This document shows, piece after piece, positions 10,107-18,942 of a stretch of 50,014 nucleotides of DNA. A program made the position numbers and the translations under genes. The notes beneath the pieces are model-generated. The model was not told where the DNA came from and made no database searches. It saw only the letters and a list, made by a program, of their open reading frames with translations. Within the stretch, counting starts at the first letter, position 1. The number at the start of each line of letters is the position of its first letter. The DNA comes from a virus. Its lineage: Duplodnaviria; Caudoviricetes. Where the stretch lies: IMG/VR virus record IMGVR_UViG_3300046719_000027, positions 1 through 50,014 of that record. One strand, 5' to 3'.

Positions 10107-10777
10107 GGCCGCCTCAAGAATAAAATATCATTATGTGAAAGAATCGGCGTCATCCTGTCGAATCCTCTTTTATCCAAGAAATCACATACCTCAATAGCCG
10201 ACGCTTCACCTTTATACATCGGCTCTTGCGAGCACTCTATTACTAGATATTTCAAGCATTGCAAGAAATCCCCAAAACCTTCGAGAACCTCTAGCTCCAT
10301 ACCCTGAACATCAACAACCAGAAGATCATATCTGGACATATCAAACGGACTAGGATCGATCAAAGATTTAGAATTATAGATAAGGTAGTCAAATCTATAA
10401 ATAGAACAGTACGGCCCTATTATAGATCTATACTCCTCATCTAAATTTAATTCTTCTAAGAAAGAGGCGCCTGGCGTTACCGGAATTCCATCAGCCTTTC
10501 TTATAGGAATATTAATGGGTGTCCAACCCTCGTTATTACTTAAAGCGCAATTATATATCCATATTTTGCCAGAAGTAATTTCTTCATTAAAGTCTCTAAC
10601 TGTTTGTCCAAATACCTCTGGAATCGGCTCGAACGCTAAAATAGGTACCTGACCTTCTTGTAAATACCAACCTAGTTCAGTGCCATCATTAATTCCAACG
10701 TGTATAGTTCCCGTTGGCTTTCCATGTCCATTGTCCGTAAACCACTTCTCTTTTCCTACGCCAAAAGGAGGCTTCAT
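10100..10777 (-). CDS. FkbM-family SAM methyltransferase (tandem paralog)
   Basis: IHVGINDG, AFEPIP, VDVQGMELEVLEG; C-terminus closely similar to neighbour. Confidence 0.9.
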   Translation of the reverse strand: MKPPFGVGKEKWFTDNGHGKPTGTIHVGINDGTELGWYLQEGQVPILAFEPIPEVFGQTVRDFNEEITSGKIWIYNCALSNNEGWTPINIPIRKADGIPVTPGASFLEELNLDEEYRSIIGPYCSIYRFDYLIYNSKSLIDPSPFDMSRYDLLVVDVQGMELEVLEGFGDFLQCLKYLVIECSQEPMYKGEASAIEVCDFLDKRGFDRMTPILSHNDILFLRRPW

Positions 10778-10810
10778 TTTTCTCTTTTTCTAATGTTACA
10801 GAACGACTAG

Positions 10811-11038
10811 TTACCTACTATCGACTCCAACAGCAGGTCCTCTACCACTTAATCTCTGTTGTCGAATCTGCTCACCGACAGGTGGTGTTGGATTCATAAA
10901 ATCGCCATTGCCAATTACTGGATATCCGGTCCAGCTATAGGAAATTTCGCCCTGATGATCGGCTGGATCGTCAACGAAACTCCCCACTCTCATACCAGGA
11001 ACTGGATCGTTTCGATCACATCCACAATAGGAGCACAT
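10811..11038 (-). CDS. Small protein with N-terminal CxxCxC
   Basis: Starts MCSYCGC; SD AAGGAG. Confidence 0.6.
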   Translation of the reverse strand: MCSYCGCDRNDPVPGMRVGSFVDDPADHQGEISYSWTGYPVIGNGDFMNPTPPVGEQIRQQRLSGRGPAVGVDSR

Positions 11039-11055
11039 ATGATTCTGTTTCTCCT

Positions 11056-11265
11056 TTAGTCTGGTTCGCTGTACTGAACAGGTTCGTCTACATCTTGGAA
11101 ATCATGATCGACAAATCCTGCGTATCCATTCTCAATATTATTTACGACATCGTCAGGATCAATTCCTGCTGCTTTGGCTGCATCGAGAATATTTTGTAGA
11201 GTAATATGTCCACCATAATTATCATGATTATCCCAAGCAACATTGCAACCGCACGACAAACACAT
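11056..11265 (-). CDS. Small acidic protein with N-terminal CxxCxC
   Basis: Starts MCLSCGC...H; SD AGGAG. Confidence 0.6.
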   Translation of the reverse strand: MCLSCGCNVAWDNHDNYGGHITLQNILDAAKAAGIDPDDVVNNIENGYAGFVDHDFQDVDEPVQYSEPD

Positions 11266-11526
11266 TTAGGTGTCTCTCCTAATGAATTGGGATATGTCTA
11301 CCTCTGGTTGTGGTTTAGTTACGACTTCCCTCGGCGTCCTGGGGGCCTCATGACGAGGCGGTAACAGAGGGATGGAACTCTTGGCCATCGCCTCCCTCAA
11401 TGGGACGCCTTGGCTGTCAGGGCCATCCATAGGGGCATCGTACAGCTTCCTCTCTGAGTCGGAAATGAAGATGTTGTGATACATAAGTCTATTGACTCTA
11501 AAAACTCTCCATTCTTCATCAGTCAT
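11266..11526 (-). CDS. Hypothetical protein
   Basis: 86 aa, tightly packed. Confidence 0.55.
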   Translation of the reverse strand: MTDEEWRVFRVNRLMYHNIFISDSERKLYDAPMDGPDSQGVPLREAMAKSSIPLLPPRHEAPRTPREVVTKPQPEVDISQFIRRDT

Positions 11527-11528
11527 AA

Positions 11529-11699
11529 CTACGGAGTTCTGCGCCAGAAAGCAGGCACCTCAATTGGCGCTAAAAGAATTGCTGCTGCTAATGCGAAGAC
11601 ACACCACCATATAGCATTGGCGCCAAGGTTAATAGCTCCTAGCGCTGAAAGAAACGCTACTATAGCAACTAGAAAAGCAACAAACCAACCGACACTCAT
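11529..11699 (-). CDS. Small two-TM membrane protein (56 aa, not in ORF track)
   Basis: MSVGWFVAFLVAIVAFLSALGAINLGANAIWWCVFALAAAILLAP...; SD GGGAG. Confidence 0.6.
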   Translation of the reverse strand: MSVGWFVAFLVAIVAFLSALGAINLGANAIWWCVFALAAAILLAPIEVPAFWRRTP

Positions 11700-11710
11700 T
11701 ATTTCTCTCC

Positions 11711-12169
11711 CTAGCTTATCCGTAACGTTCTAGTCATAACTATAATTACGGACCAATTACGCACCACTCTACCAACTTCACGGAACCCCAGGCTGTAGTA
11801 GAGATTTAGCGCCGGTAGATTATTCGCAAAAACCTCCAGAGCCGCCTCTTCAGAACATAACGAACAGAGCGCGGCGAATAACAACCTTCCATATCCCTGG
11901 CCTCTATATTTTTATCTTATACCACCACTTAACCAAGCCTGGCCTTCATCATCCTTACGTATTAACCCATAAGCAACGGCCTTGTTAGATTCTGTGCGCC
12001 CAATATAAAGCGTCAGGTCATTTCTACGAAAATTTTTAGCCCAGAATCTCATCTCGGAGAGTAAATCTATATGAGATTGATCATTGGTAAGATAGGTACG
12101 ACACTCGTTTCTAATTCTACGATTCAGATCGAAGCCCCAAGGCGTTCTGACAAGCTGAAGGTTTAACAT
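11711..12169 (-). pseudogene. GNAT acetyltransferase interrupted by in-frame TAA at 11912-11914
   Basis: Reads WLSGGIR*KYRGQGYGRLLF...LEVFANNLPALNLYYSLGF and aligns colinearly with GNAT at 7772-8254. Confidence 0.8.
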
Positions 12170-12999
12170 TATATCCGTGAAGGAATCTTTCCTATAGATC
12201 TACCATAAGCAAGAAATCTCCTCTCAGCCTCCAAATAAACTTCAAAGCTAGCCTTGCCTGGTTCATATTTAATTCTCTGGTGATCACACCAGCGCTCGCA
12301 AAATCTTTCAAATACTGCGCCAGTGGTCGTTAGACCGCCTTGATGATCAACATAAAGTCCTAGAACGCCAACCTGCCATCCAGCAGCTATAGTCATCAGT
12401 GGCCATATCTTATCGTAGAAATGACAGGGTGCTATGCTCTCGTTTATGCCGAGGGCTTTAATGACAGGCTGACGAACAGCGATAAACATAGAGTCTAAGA
12501 TCAACGCCAATTGAAGATCGGTAATCCTTCTGCCAGTATGTTCCTGAAGTTGACCTACTTGGCCTGCAAAGTTACACATAGTACCGCCGCCGCGCCCGCC
12601 ACGATCATCAACTTCATTAGATCCACAGACGCCGACCATTCCTAGTCGGGGAGATCTTAGGAAACTGTCAAGTAAAATACGATCCCAACCCTTTTCGTAG
12701 ATAAACAAATCATTATGCATAACACCAATGATATCTGCGCTAGTAGCACCTTCCGCTACACTTAGCAATGGAAAATAATAGCCTTGATTCTCATCAAGAC
12801 GAACGAGCCTCCAATCAAACTTAAATTCCCAATGCCTAGGATTGCTACTTATATAGTTATAGTAGGGAATCGTGGATTCATTATCAATAACGACTATCTC
12901 CACGGATTCAGGGATAGTACTATTTCTGCTTAAGTGCTGCAAGCATTCCAGAGTTATGCTATGTCCATCAACAACTGGGATACCAATTTTAATTCCCAT
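12169..12999 (-). CDS. Glycosyltransferase family 2
   Basis: IGIPVV, EIVVIDNES, MHND, HFYD motifs; start moved to ATG 12999. Confidence 0.85.
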   Translation of the reverse strand: MGIKIGIPVVDGHSITLECLQHLSRNSTIPESVEIVVIDNESTIPYYNYISSNPRHWEFKFDWRLVRLDENQGYYFPLLSVAEGATSADIIGVMHNDLFIYEKGWDRILLDSFLRSPRLGMVGVCGSNEVDDRGGRGGGTMCNFAGQVGQLQEHTGRRITDLQLALILDSMFIAVRQPVIKALGINESIAPCHFYDKIWPLMTIAAGWQVGVLGLYVDHQGGLTTTGAVFERFCERWCDHQRIKYEPGKASFEVYLEAERRFLAYGRSIGKIPSRI

Positions 13000-13001
13000 T
13001 A

Positions 13002-14135
13002 TTAAGCTGCGTAATCCTCGCAAGCCTGAATAATCGTATACTTCTCCAAAGTCGTCAATTTACCATGAACAGGTATACAGACCATACGCTCAGAGAATCT
13101 GTCAACACCAGGCAGCTCTCTAGTTTTAAATTCACGAAAAACTGTATGATTATCCGTTCTAGTATGGATCTGTGAGGCCCGGATCTCTTTCTCTTCCATA
13201 TGACGAATGAAATTCAAACGATCCTCACGATCTTTCATTAAAATGGTATATAACCAGAAAGCACTCTTTTCCAGGGCTTCGATCGGAAAGGCTGGAATGA
13301 ATCGTTTTCCATCCAAGGCATCCCAATATAATCCAGCATTAGCTCTGTGATTATTAAGAATATTGTCTGCATACTTTAATTGCTCAAGTCCGATAATGGC
13401 ATTTATATCATTCATGTGCCATTTCAGGCCCCAAACTTCTATATCTTCTTCGTGACGTGAGTCTTTATGCTTGCCTTCGCGATCTATACCATACCACCTA
13501 GCAAGCTTAGCTAGTTTATAGTCATCTTCATTTCGAATACTTAGTGCGCCACCATCAATAGTGGTGAGATGCTTGAGAGCTTGAAAAGAAAACATAGTAT
13601 AATCAGCACTATTATTTCCAATCTTGACGCCATTCCAATCGTATGCTCCGAAAGCATGTGCAGCATCTTCAATAATGGAAATTCCATAATTCTGGCCAAT
13701 TGTATGAAGTGCACCCATATTGCAAGGCGTACCTCCCCAATGTACGCACATGATAGCTCTACTATTTTCCGTAATCATCGACTGCGCATCAACTGGATCT
13801 AGAAGTCCACTGTAAGGATCTACATCTGCCCAAACTGGCCTAGCTCCAGCTCCGATAATTGGCATGATTGTGGCTGCGCAAGTCATTGGCGTAACGATCA
13901 CTTCATCGGAATTAGAGCCACCATTAACAGATCCAATTCCAGCAGTCCTGAGCGCTAATTGTAGTGCTATTGTTCCCGAGCAAGTTGTAAGAATTCTTGA
14001 AGAACCAATCCAGCCGCCAAGAGCCTTTTCGAACTCTTCAACACGCGGTCCTTGCCGAACATCTCCATGTAAAGCTTCTATCAATCTTTTATCGACTGAT
14101 ACTTCCACGTTATCGACTGGAAATAAGTTAATCAC
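13002..14135 (-). CDS. DegT/DnrJ/EryC1/StrS PLP-dependent sugar aminotransferase
   Basis: SGTIAL, IIEDAAHAFG, FSFQALKHLTTIDGG (PLP lysine). Confidence 0.95.
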   Translation of the reverse strand: MINLFPVDNVEVSVDKRLIEALHGDVRQGPRVEEFEKALGGWIGSSRILTTCSGTIALQLALRTAGIGSVNGGSNSDEVIVTPMTCAATIMPIIGAGARPVWADVDPYSGLLDPVDAQSMITENSRAIMCVHWGGTPCNMGALHTIGQNYGISIIEDAAHAFGAYDWNGVKIGNNSADYTMFSFQALKHLTTIDGGALSIRNEDDYKLAKLARWYGIDREGKHKDSRHEEDIEVWGLKWHMNDINAIIGLEQLKYADNILNNHRANAGLYWDALDGKRFIPAFPIEALEKSAFWLYTILMKDREDRLNFIRHMEEKEIRASQIHTRTDNHTVFREFKTRELPGVDRFSERMVCIPVHGKLTTLEKYTIIQACEDYAA

Positions 14136-14878
14136 TATACTGCTCCAAACGGAACGCTAAAAGTTTCTCTGCCGATCGGACTCTCCATATCATAAGGAGC
14201 GCCCCACTTTTGGCAATAATATCTTTTGCAATGCTCGAAGGAACTTTGTATTTCTCTTCTTCTCTCCGGACTGGCTCTGAATGACCCACTCCGAAAATGC
14301 CAGTAAGGAGCGAATGCCGCCCCTTCAAACCCAGCTAATTGAATGCGACGATGTGTATCGTTGTCTTCAAAATAAGCGGGATTAAACCCTTCATCAAATC
14401 TGCCTACTTCTTGTCCCAGGCGACGACTAACACAAAAACAAGAAAAGTCCGGGCCCGGTTGCCAGATCGGCCTAGCACTAACAAGCAACTCTTGATCAGG
14501 CACATCAGTACATGCATCTGACGGAGAAGCATGTCTCGCCGACAACAGCAAGATTTCCGGCCAAGACTCCGGAAGATAGCTTTCGTAGCCTCCCTGCTTC
14601 TCTTTTTCTTTGTTCTCAAACTGTCCGACTAAAATACCCCAGGCCAAGAGTTTCCCTGTATCTGGCCTTAACACAACATCATCATTCATAATAACAACAG
14701 CGTCATAAGCTTCTTCCCAAAGTAACTTATCGACTGCGTAATTCCAATTAGCTGCTAGCGCACATCTACGTTCTGTATTGTTTACTACTAGAACTCTCTC
14801 GCCTTCTGGTATAGAAGCTACTGCTCCATTCAGAAATGGAGAATTACTAAAAGTAACAATTGCATAGGCGTATCTCAT
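14135..14878 (-). CDS. Glycosyltransferase family 2
   Basis: MNDD; VGRFDEGFNPAYFEDND motifs. Confidence 0.85.
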   Translation of the reverse strand: MRYAYAIVTFSNSPFLNGAVASIPEGERVLVVNNTERRCALAANWNYAVDKLLWEEAYDAVVIMNDDVVLRPDTGKLLAWGILVGQFENKEKEKQGGYESYLPESWPEILLLSARHASPSDACTDVPDQELLVSARPIWQPGPDFSCFCVSRRLGQEVGRFDEGFNPAYFEDNDTHRRIQLAGFEGAAFAPYWHFRSGSFRASPERRREIQSSFEHCKRYYCQKWGAPYDMESPIGRETFSVPFGAV

Positions 14879-14890
14879 TCTTTTTGTCTT

Positions 14891-15634
14891 CTATACTAAT
14901 TCTAATCTGTTTCTCTTGAGCCAATCTAGCTTGCCTTGATTCCACATTTCATTCGCATAGAACCAATCGCTAATAGTGTTTACTGGCAACCAGAATCCTC
15001 TATGCTTATAAGCTGAAACTCTTCCTTGTTCAGTAAAATAAGGAACTGTCGCAACATCAAATTCTGCGTCATCTCCGTCAATACATTCAATAACTTGTGG
15101 ATTAACTACATAAATTCCCTCGTTGGCCCACATATTGCCAGGAGTCGGCTTTTGACTAAAGTGTTCAATGACGCCGTCGGCGTCCTGGTGGCCGATCTTA
15201 AATTGCGCTAATCCAAATGATAGTTTAGGATTAGCTAAAGCAAGTGTGATTGAGCTATTCCACTTATCGTTAATTTTAGCCAATGTTGATAAATTGATAT
15301 CAGACAGTATATCGCAATAACTTAAAAAGAATTTACTTCGTATATGTCCTGCATCGTAAATTCTTTTTAGGCGACCGGCCGAATAAACTGTATCAGAACT
15401 ACCTGTGTCTAAAAAAGTAACATTCCACCGACTCCATCCTGGAGCTTCTATAATTTCTTGAGATCTATCTCCAAGTCCAAGAATAAACTCATCGACTCCC
15501 TGAGAAGAATACCAATTTAAGATATGGTGGATCATTGGAGAGTCACCTATAGTCACCAATGGCTTGGGTAAAAATCCTGTCTCTACTGATTGGATTCTAC
15601 TACCCTTGCCACCACATAAAATAACCGCTTTCAC
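14891..15634 (-). CDS. Sugar-1-phosphate nucleotidyltransferase (glucose-1-P cytidylyltransferase-like)
   Basis: AVILCGGKGSRI...LPKPLV; YKHRGFW. Confidence 0.9.
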   Translation of the reverse strand: MKAVILCGGKGSRIQSVETGFLPKPLVTIGDSPMIHHILNWYSSQGVDEFILGLGDRSQEIIEAPGWSRWNVTFLDTGSSDTVYSAGRLKRIYDAGHIRSKFFLSYCDILSDINLSTLAKINDKWNSSITLALANPKLSFGLAQFKIGHQDADGVIEHFSQKPTPGNMWANEGIYVVNPQVIECIDGDDAEFDVATVPYFTEQGRVSAYKHRGFWLPVNTISDWFYANEMWNQGKLDWLKRNRLELV

Positions 15635-16599
15635 TTTAGATACGACTCAACCGTACTGGCAAGTGCATCTCCAAACTCGTAGGGCCTACGCCACCCTAAA
15701 CTAGCTAGTTTAGTCCCATCCAAACCATATCTTAAGTCGTGGCCTGGCCGAGTTGTATGGTAATCAACTGCGTACCAATCAGCTTTCTTTCCCAAGATAG
15801 CTTCAATACGATTCACCATTTCAAGACTATTCTGTTCTACTTCGCCGACAACATTGAATCTAGGAGGACATTCAGCGTCAGGAAAAATAGGTACTTTTTG
15901 GCTTAAAATAAATAACAGAGCATCGGCATGGTTTAAAACATAAGTCCAGTACCTACTACTAAACTGGCCGTCCTTGCCATGAATAAAAAACCTACGATCA
16001 TTCTTTACATTATCAATGATGTACGGAATGAGTTTTTCTGGATTCTGGCGAGGTCCGAAGTTATTCATCGTATTAGTAATAACTACTGGTACCCCGTAAG
16101 TTCTCCAGTAGGAGATAGCAATAGCCTCTTGGGCTGCCTTAGATGCACTATAAGGATTAGATGGCTTGACGGAACTCCACTCTGGATGATCGAATCCATT
16201 CAGGGCGGGACCATATACCTCATCTGTTGAAACTTGAATAACTACTTTCGGTTTAATTTTGCGTGCATATTCTAGAAGATTCAGGGTTACATTAACGTTA
16301 TTTTGAATGAACGGTACAGGCTCTTGAATCGAACGATCAACATGAGACTCTGCCGCTGCGTGAATTATATAATCTACTTCTCCGAGTTCTTCAATATTTC
16401 TTTCAGAGAACGGCCAATTCAGATCGTGATAGAAAAAAGTAGTACGATCATTATTAAACTCTTGAAGATTCTGTGAATCCCCTTTATGACGACAACTGAC
16501 CGGACAATGAATGCTCCAGTCAGTTTTGTCTAAAATATACTTAACCAGATGGTGGCCAATGAATCCTGCGGCTCCCGTTACCAGAACCTTACTACTCAT
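15631..16599 (-). CDS. NDP-glucose 4,6-dehydratase (RmlB/RfbB-like)
   Basis: VTGAAGFIG, AAESHVDRSI, STDEVYG, PYSASKA, RPGHDLRY. Confidence 0.93.
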   Translation of the reverse strand: MSSKVLVTGAAGFIGHHLVKYILDKTDWSIHCPVSCRHKGDSQNLQEFNNDRTTFFYHDLNWPFSERNIEELGEVDYIIHAAAESHVDRSIQEPVPFIQNNVNVTLNLLEYARKIKPKVVIQVSTDEVYGPALNGFDHPEWSSVKPSNPYSASKAAQEAIAISYWRTYGVPVVITNTMNNFGPRQNPEKLIPYIIDNVKNDRRFFIHGKDGQFSSRYWTYVLNHADALLFILSQKVPIFPDAECPPRFNVVGEVEQNSLEMVNRIEAILGKKADWYAVDYHTTRPGHDLRYGLDGTKLASLGWRRPYEFGDALASTVESYLK

Positions 16600-16895
16600 A
16601 TATGTAGACTCTCTTTTTTCTTTCTGTTGTTGTTTCTAACTACTTTTCGGTGACAAACTTCACAATACGGACGAAGATTGCCATTGTCATCAATACTCAC
16701 ACCTGTCTTTAGGTGTCCAGATGGACATAACTCTTTACTAATACTTTTCCTTCGATTTGTATCCTGTCCAAGATGATAACCTCGCCGCCTCTCCTTGCGA
16801 GCGCCACCGCCCCCACATTCTGGACAAATTACAGTTCTAGATCTACCCCTAAATCCTGATCCATTGCATAACTTGCATGGCTTAAATTCACTCAT
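16596..16895 (-). CDS. Zinc-finger protein
   Basis: Two DnaJ-type CxxCxGxG repeats plus CPSGH...CEVC. Confidence 0.65.
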   Translation of the reverse strand: MSEFKPCKLCNGSGFRGRSRTVICPECGGGGARKERRRGYHLGQDTNRRKSISKELCPSGHLKTGVSIDDNGNLRPYCEVCHRKVVRNNNRKKKESLHI

Positions 16896-18168
16896 ATCCT
16901 AAAAGAACTTGCAAAATAGAACTCGATTGATGTCTAAGGGTATGGTGATCTCTGACATATTTGGCAGCCTTTCTGCCCTTGCCCTTTCCTTCTCTCCAAT
17001 TGTCATAGCACTTCTGTAGCTGACTCACAGCATGCTTCTCGTCAGGAACCCACCATTCACCGACACTACCGAATGCTTCGATATACTCTTGACTAAAACC
17101 CTGTCCTGGTAGATCAGCAGGTTCCATATGGTCAGTTCGGATTGGATAACAATGACTGCTATCCACAAAATCTGCCATACCACTATTTTCAGAACTAACC
17201 AGCTCACCACCAGTAGACAACATCTCTAGTGGCGGCAGCCCCACCCCCTCACCCTTTGAAGGCCAGAGTAACACATCATTATTATAATAGTATTGTAGAA
17301 CTGAATCTGGATGACTATCTCCGACTATTACCTCGATCCTTGGATCGGCCGCTGCTATTTTTTCTATTTGCTGAACAGCGTCGGTACGTCTGGTCTTAAT
17401 GGTAAGTCGCCAGTCATGGCTGCCACCGCTTGCCATTTGGAATATTCTAATAGCGCCCAAGGGGTTCTTTCTCCCGGTAATCGCACCAAGGAGTAAGACC
17501 TTAAATTTACCATCAGGAATTCGATGTTTTTCTGCAAAGTACTCTGTATCAACCCCCGGTATCATAACGGAAATGGGAATCGTAACACCCGAGTCCTTCC
17601 ACACCTTTACTTGATAACGAGAAGTTACAATGAGGTGGTGACAGTTATTGACCTTAGCAACATGTTTCTCTGGGATTTTGTTAGTCTCAAACTGAGTGAC
17701 CACAATCTTATGAACTGACTGATGATTAAAAATATGATCATCGTAAGGCAGACTCATTGCGACACCGATCTTTGCCGGGACTCGATACATACCTTGGAAA
17801 CGTGCAGCTTCAATATCAGATGTTACAAAAAGCTTATCGACCCAATCAACATCTCTTAAAGTGGGCTCACAACCCAACATTCTAAATCCACGATAAATGG
17901 CCAAGGCATGTCTTCCATAACCATCAACCATACTGATTGGACACCACCAGTCGAAAGTGAATTTACCGTCGATACGGGTAGGCATACGATTTTGTAATGT
18001 AGTGAAATCAAAGATCAGGTCTTTATCCCAACCGTAAGAGTGCATAAAGGTGACTGGTACCATTTGCCAATCACCACCAGGAGTCAAATAAACTCCTCCG
18101 CACTGCTTGGGAGCCCGACCTCTATTCCTGACCGGAACGAGATCTTCCGAATGGATTCCGGGAATCAT
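16888..18168 (-). CDS. Glycosyltransferase family 4 (GT-B)
   Basis: RKNP, PSKGEGVGLPPLE (E-X7-E) motif. Confidence 0.9.
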   Translation of the reverse strand: MIPGIHSEDLVPVRNRGRAPKQCGGVYLTPGGDWQMVPVTFMHSYGWDKDLIFDFTTLQNRMPTRIDGKFTFDWWCPISMVDGYGRHALAIYRGFRMLGCEPTLRDVDWVDKLFVTSDIEAARFQGMYRVPAKIGVAMSLPYDDHIFNHQSVHKIVVTQFETNKIPEKHVAKVNNCHHLIVTSRYQVKVWKDSGVTIPISVMIPGVDTEYFAEKHRIPDGKFKVLLLGAITGRKNPLGAIRIFQMASGGSHDWRLTIKTRRTDAVQQIEKIAAADPRIEVIVGDSHPDSVLQYYYNNDVLLWPSKGEGVGLPPLEMLSTGGELVSSENSGMADFVDSSHCYPIRTDHMEPADLPGQGFSQEYIEAFGSVGEWWVPDEKHAVSQLQKCYDNWREGKGKGRKAAKYVRDHHTLRHQSSSILQVLLGYE

Positions 18169-18465
18169 TTACTTCCTATTGTATCGCTCATACTCTGGAA
18201 ATTTGCCGGAGCGCAAGCCGGTAATAAGATCGTCTCTCACCTCGCTTTCTTTGGAATAGTTACGTCCTTCCATGTCAGAAGGCCAGTGAACAATCTCCGC
18301 TGAATGAATATGCACTCCGGAACGCTTCATTCGACGAACAAGCTCCCTAACCATACAATCCGGACAACCATGTTGCTCGCAACCTATTACGTGGTCACCA
18401 GTTGCCTTTTCTCTTTGGCATCCGTGGCCACCCATGGCCGCGATAGAAATTCGAAAATCTCCCAT
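18169..18465 (-). CDS. Hypothetical Cys/His protein
   Basis: 98 aa, GGHGC...CxxxxCPDC; SD GGAG. Confidence 0.6.
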   Translation of the reverse strand: MGDFRISIAAMGGHGCQREKATGDHVIGCEQHGCPDCMVRELVRRMKRSGVHIHSAEIVHWPSDMEGRNYSKESEVRDDLITGLRSGKFPEYERYNRK

Positions 18466-18508
18466 TCTATTTTCTCCAATTCTTTCTAGTGTTTAGAAGT
18501 CTCTTTAT

Positions 18509-18545
18509 AAAAAATGAGGGGGCCAGGCTCTCGCCCGACCCCCTC
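18509..18545 (-). terminator. Rho-independent terminator after capsid block
   Basis: GAGGGGGTCGGGC-GAGA-GCCTGGCCCCCTC followed by ATTTTTT. Confidence 0.85.
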
Positions 18546-18582
18546 TAGATTCAGAAGAGAACCTAATTCGCCGACGCAATGA

Positions 18583-18921
18583 CTACCCTGTAGCCGCTGT
18601 CGCCTCTGCTGCATCGGCAACTAGATCGTTATGCGCCGAAGTAAGAGCCGCCACGGCAGCATCCAAATCGGCCTGGTTCTGCGGAGTAAATCCGTCAGCT
18701 CTAGCAGCATTTAGAGCTGCCACAAGTGCATCTAGAGCAGTCTTCAGTGCAGAATCATCTGCCGCCAACTGCTCGACGACACTTGTTAATTGGGTTAGAT
18801 CTGCCATTAAGCTCATCTCCTGAGTTGTGTTCTGATTTATTGCGATAGTATTTGTTGTTACAGCCTGAGTTAGTAACTGAACATGACTTGTGAGATTCGC
18901 AATAGCAGTTTCTAAACTCAA
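18583..18921 (-). CDS. Ala-rich coiled-coil protein after capsid (possible head decoration/fibre)
   Basis: 112 aa heptad pattern; directly downstream of major capsid and before the terminator. Confidence 0.55.
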   Translation of the reverse strand: MSLETAIANLTSHVQLLTQAVTTNTIAINQNTTQEMSLMADLTQLTSVVEQLAADDSALKTALDALVAALNAARADGFTPQNQADLDAAVAALTSAHNDLVADAAEATAATG

Positions 18922-18942
18922 TTAAATACCAGGTGCTAGAAA

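Noticed and set aside
11912-11914. Genome-wide stop codon reassignment
   Set aside because: Only one interrupted gene; TAA, TAG and TGA all end genes at tight junctions
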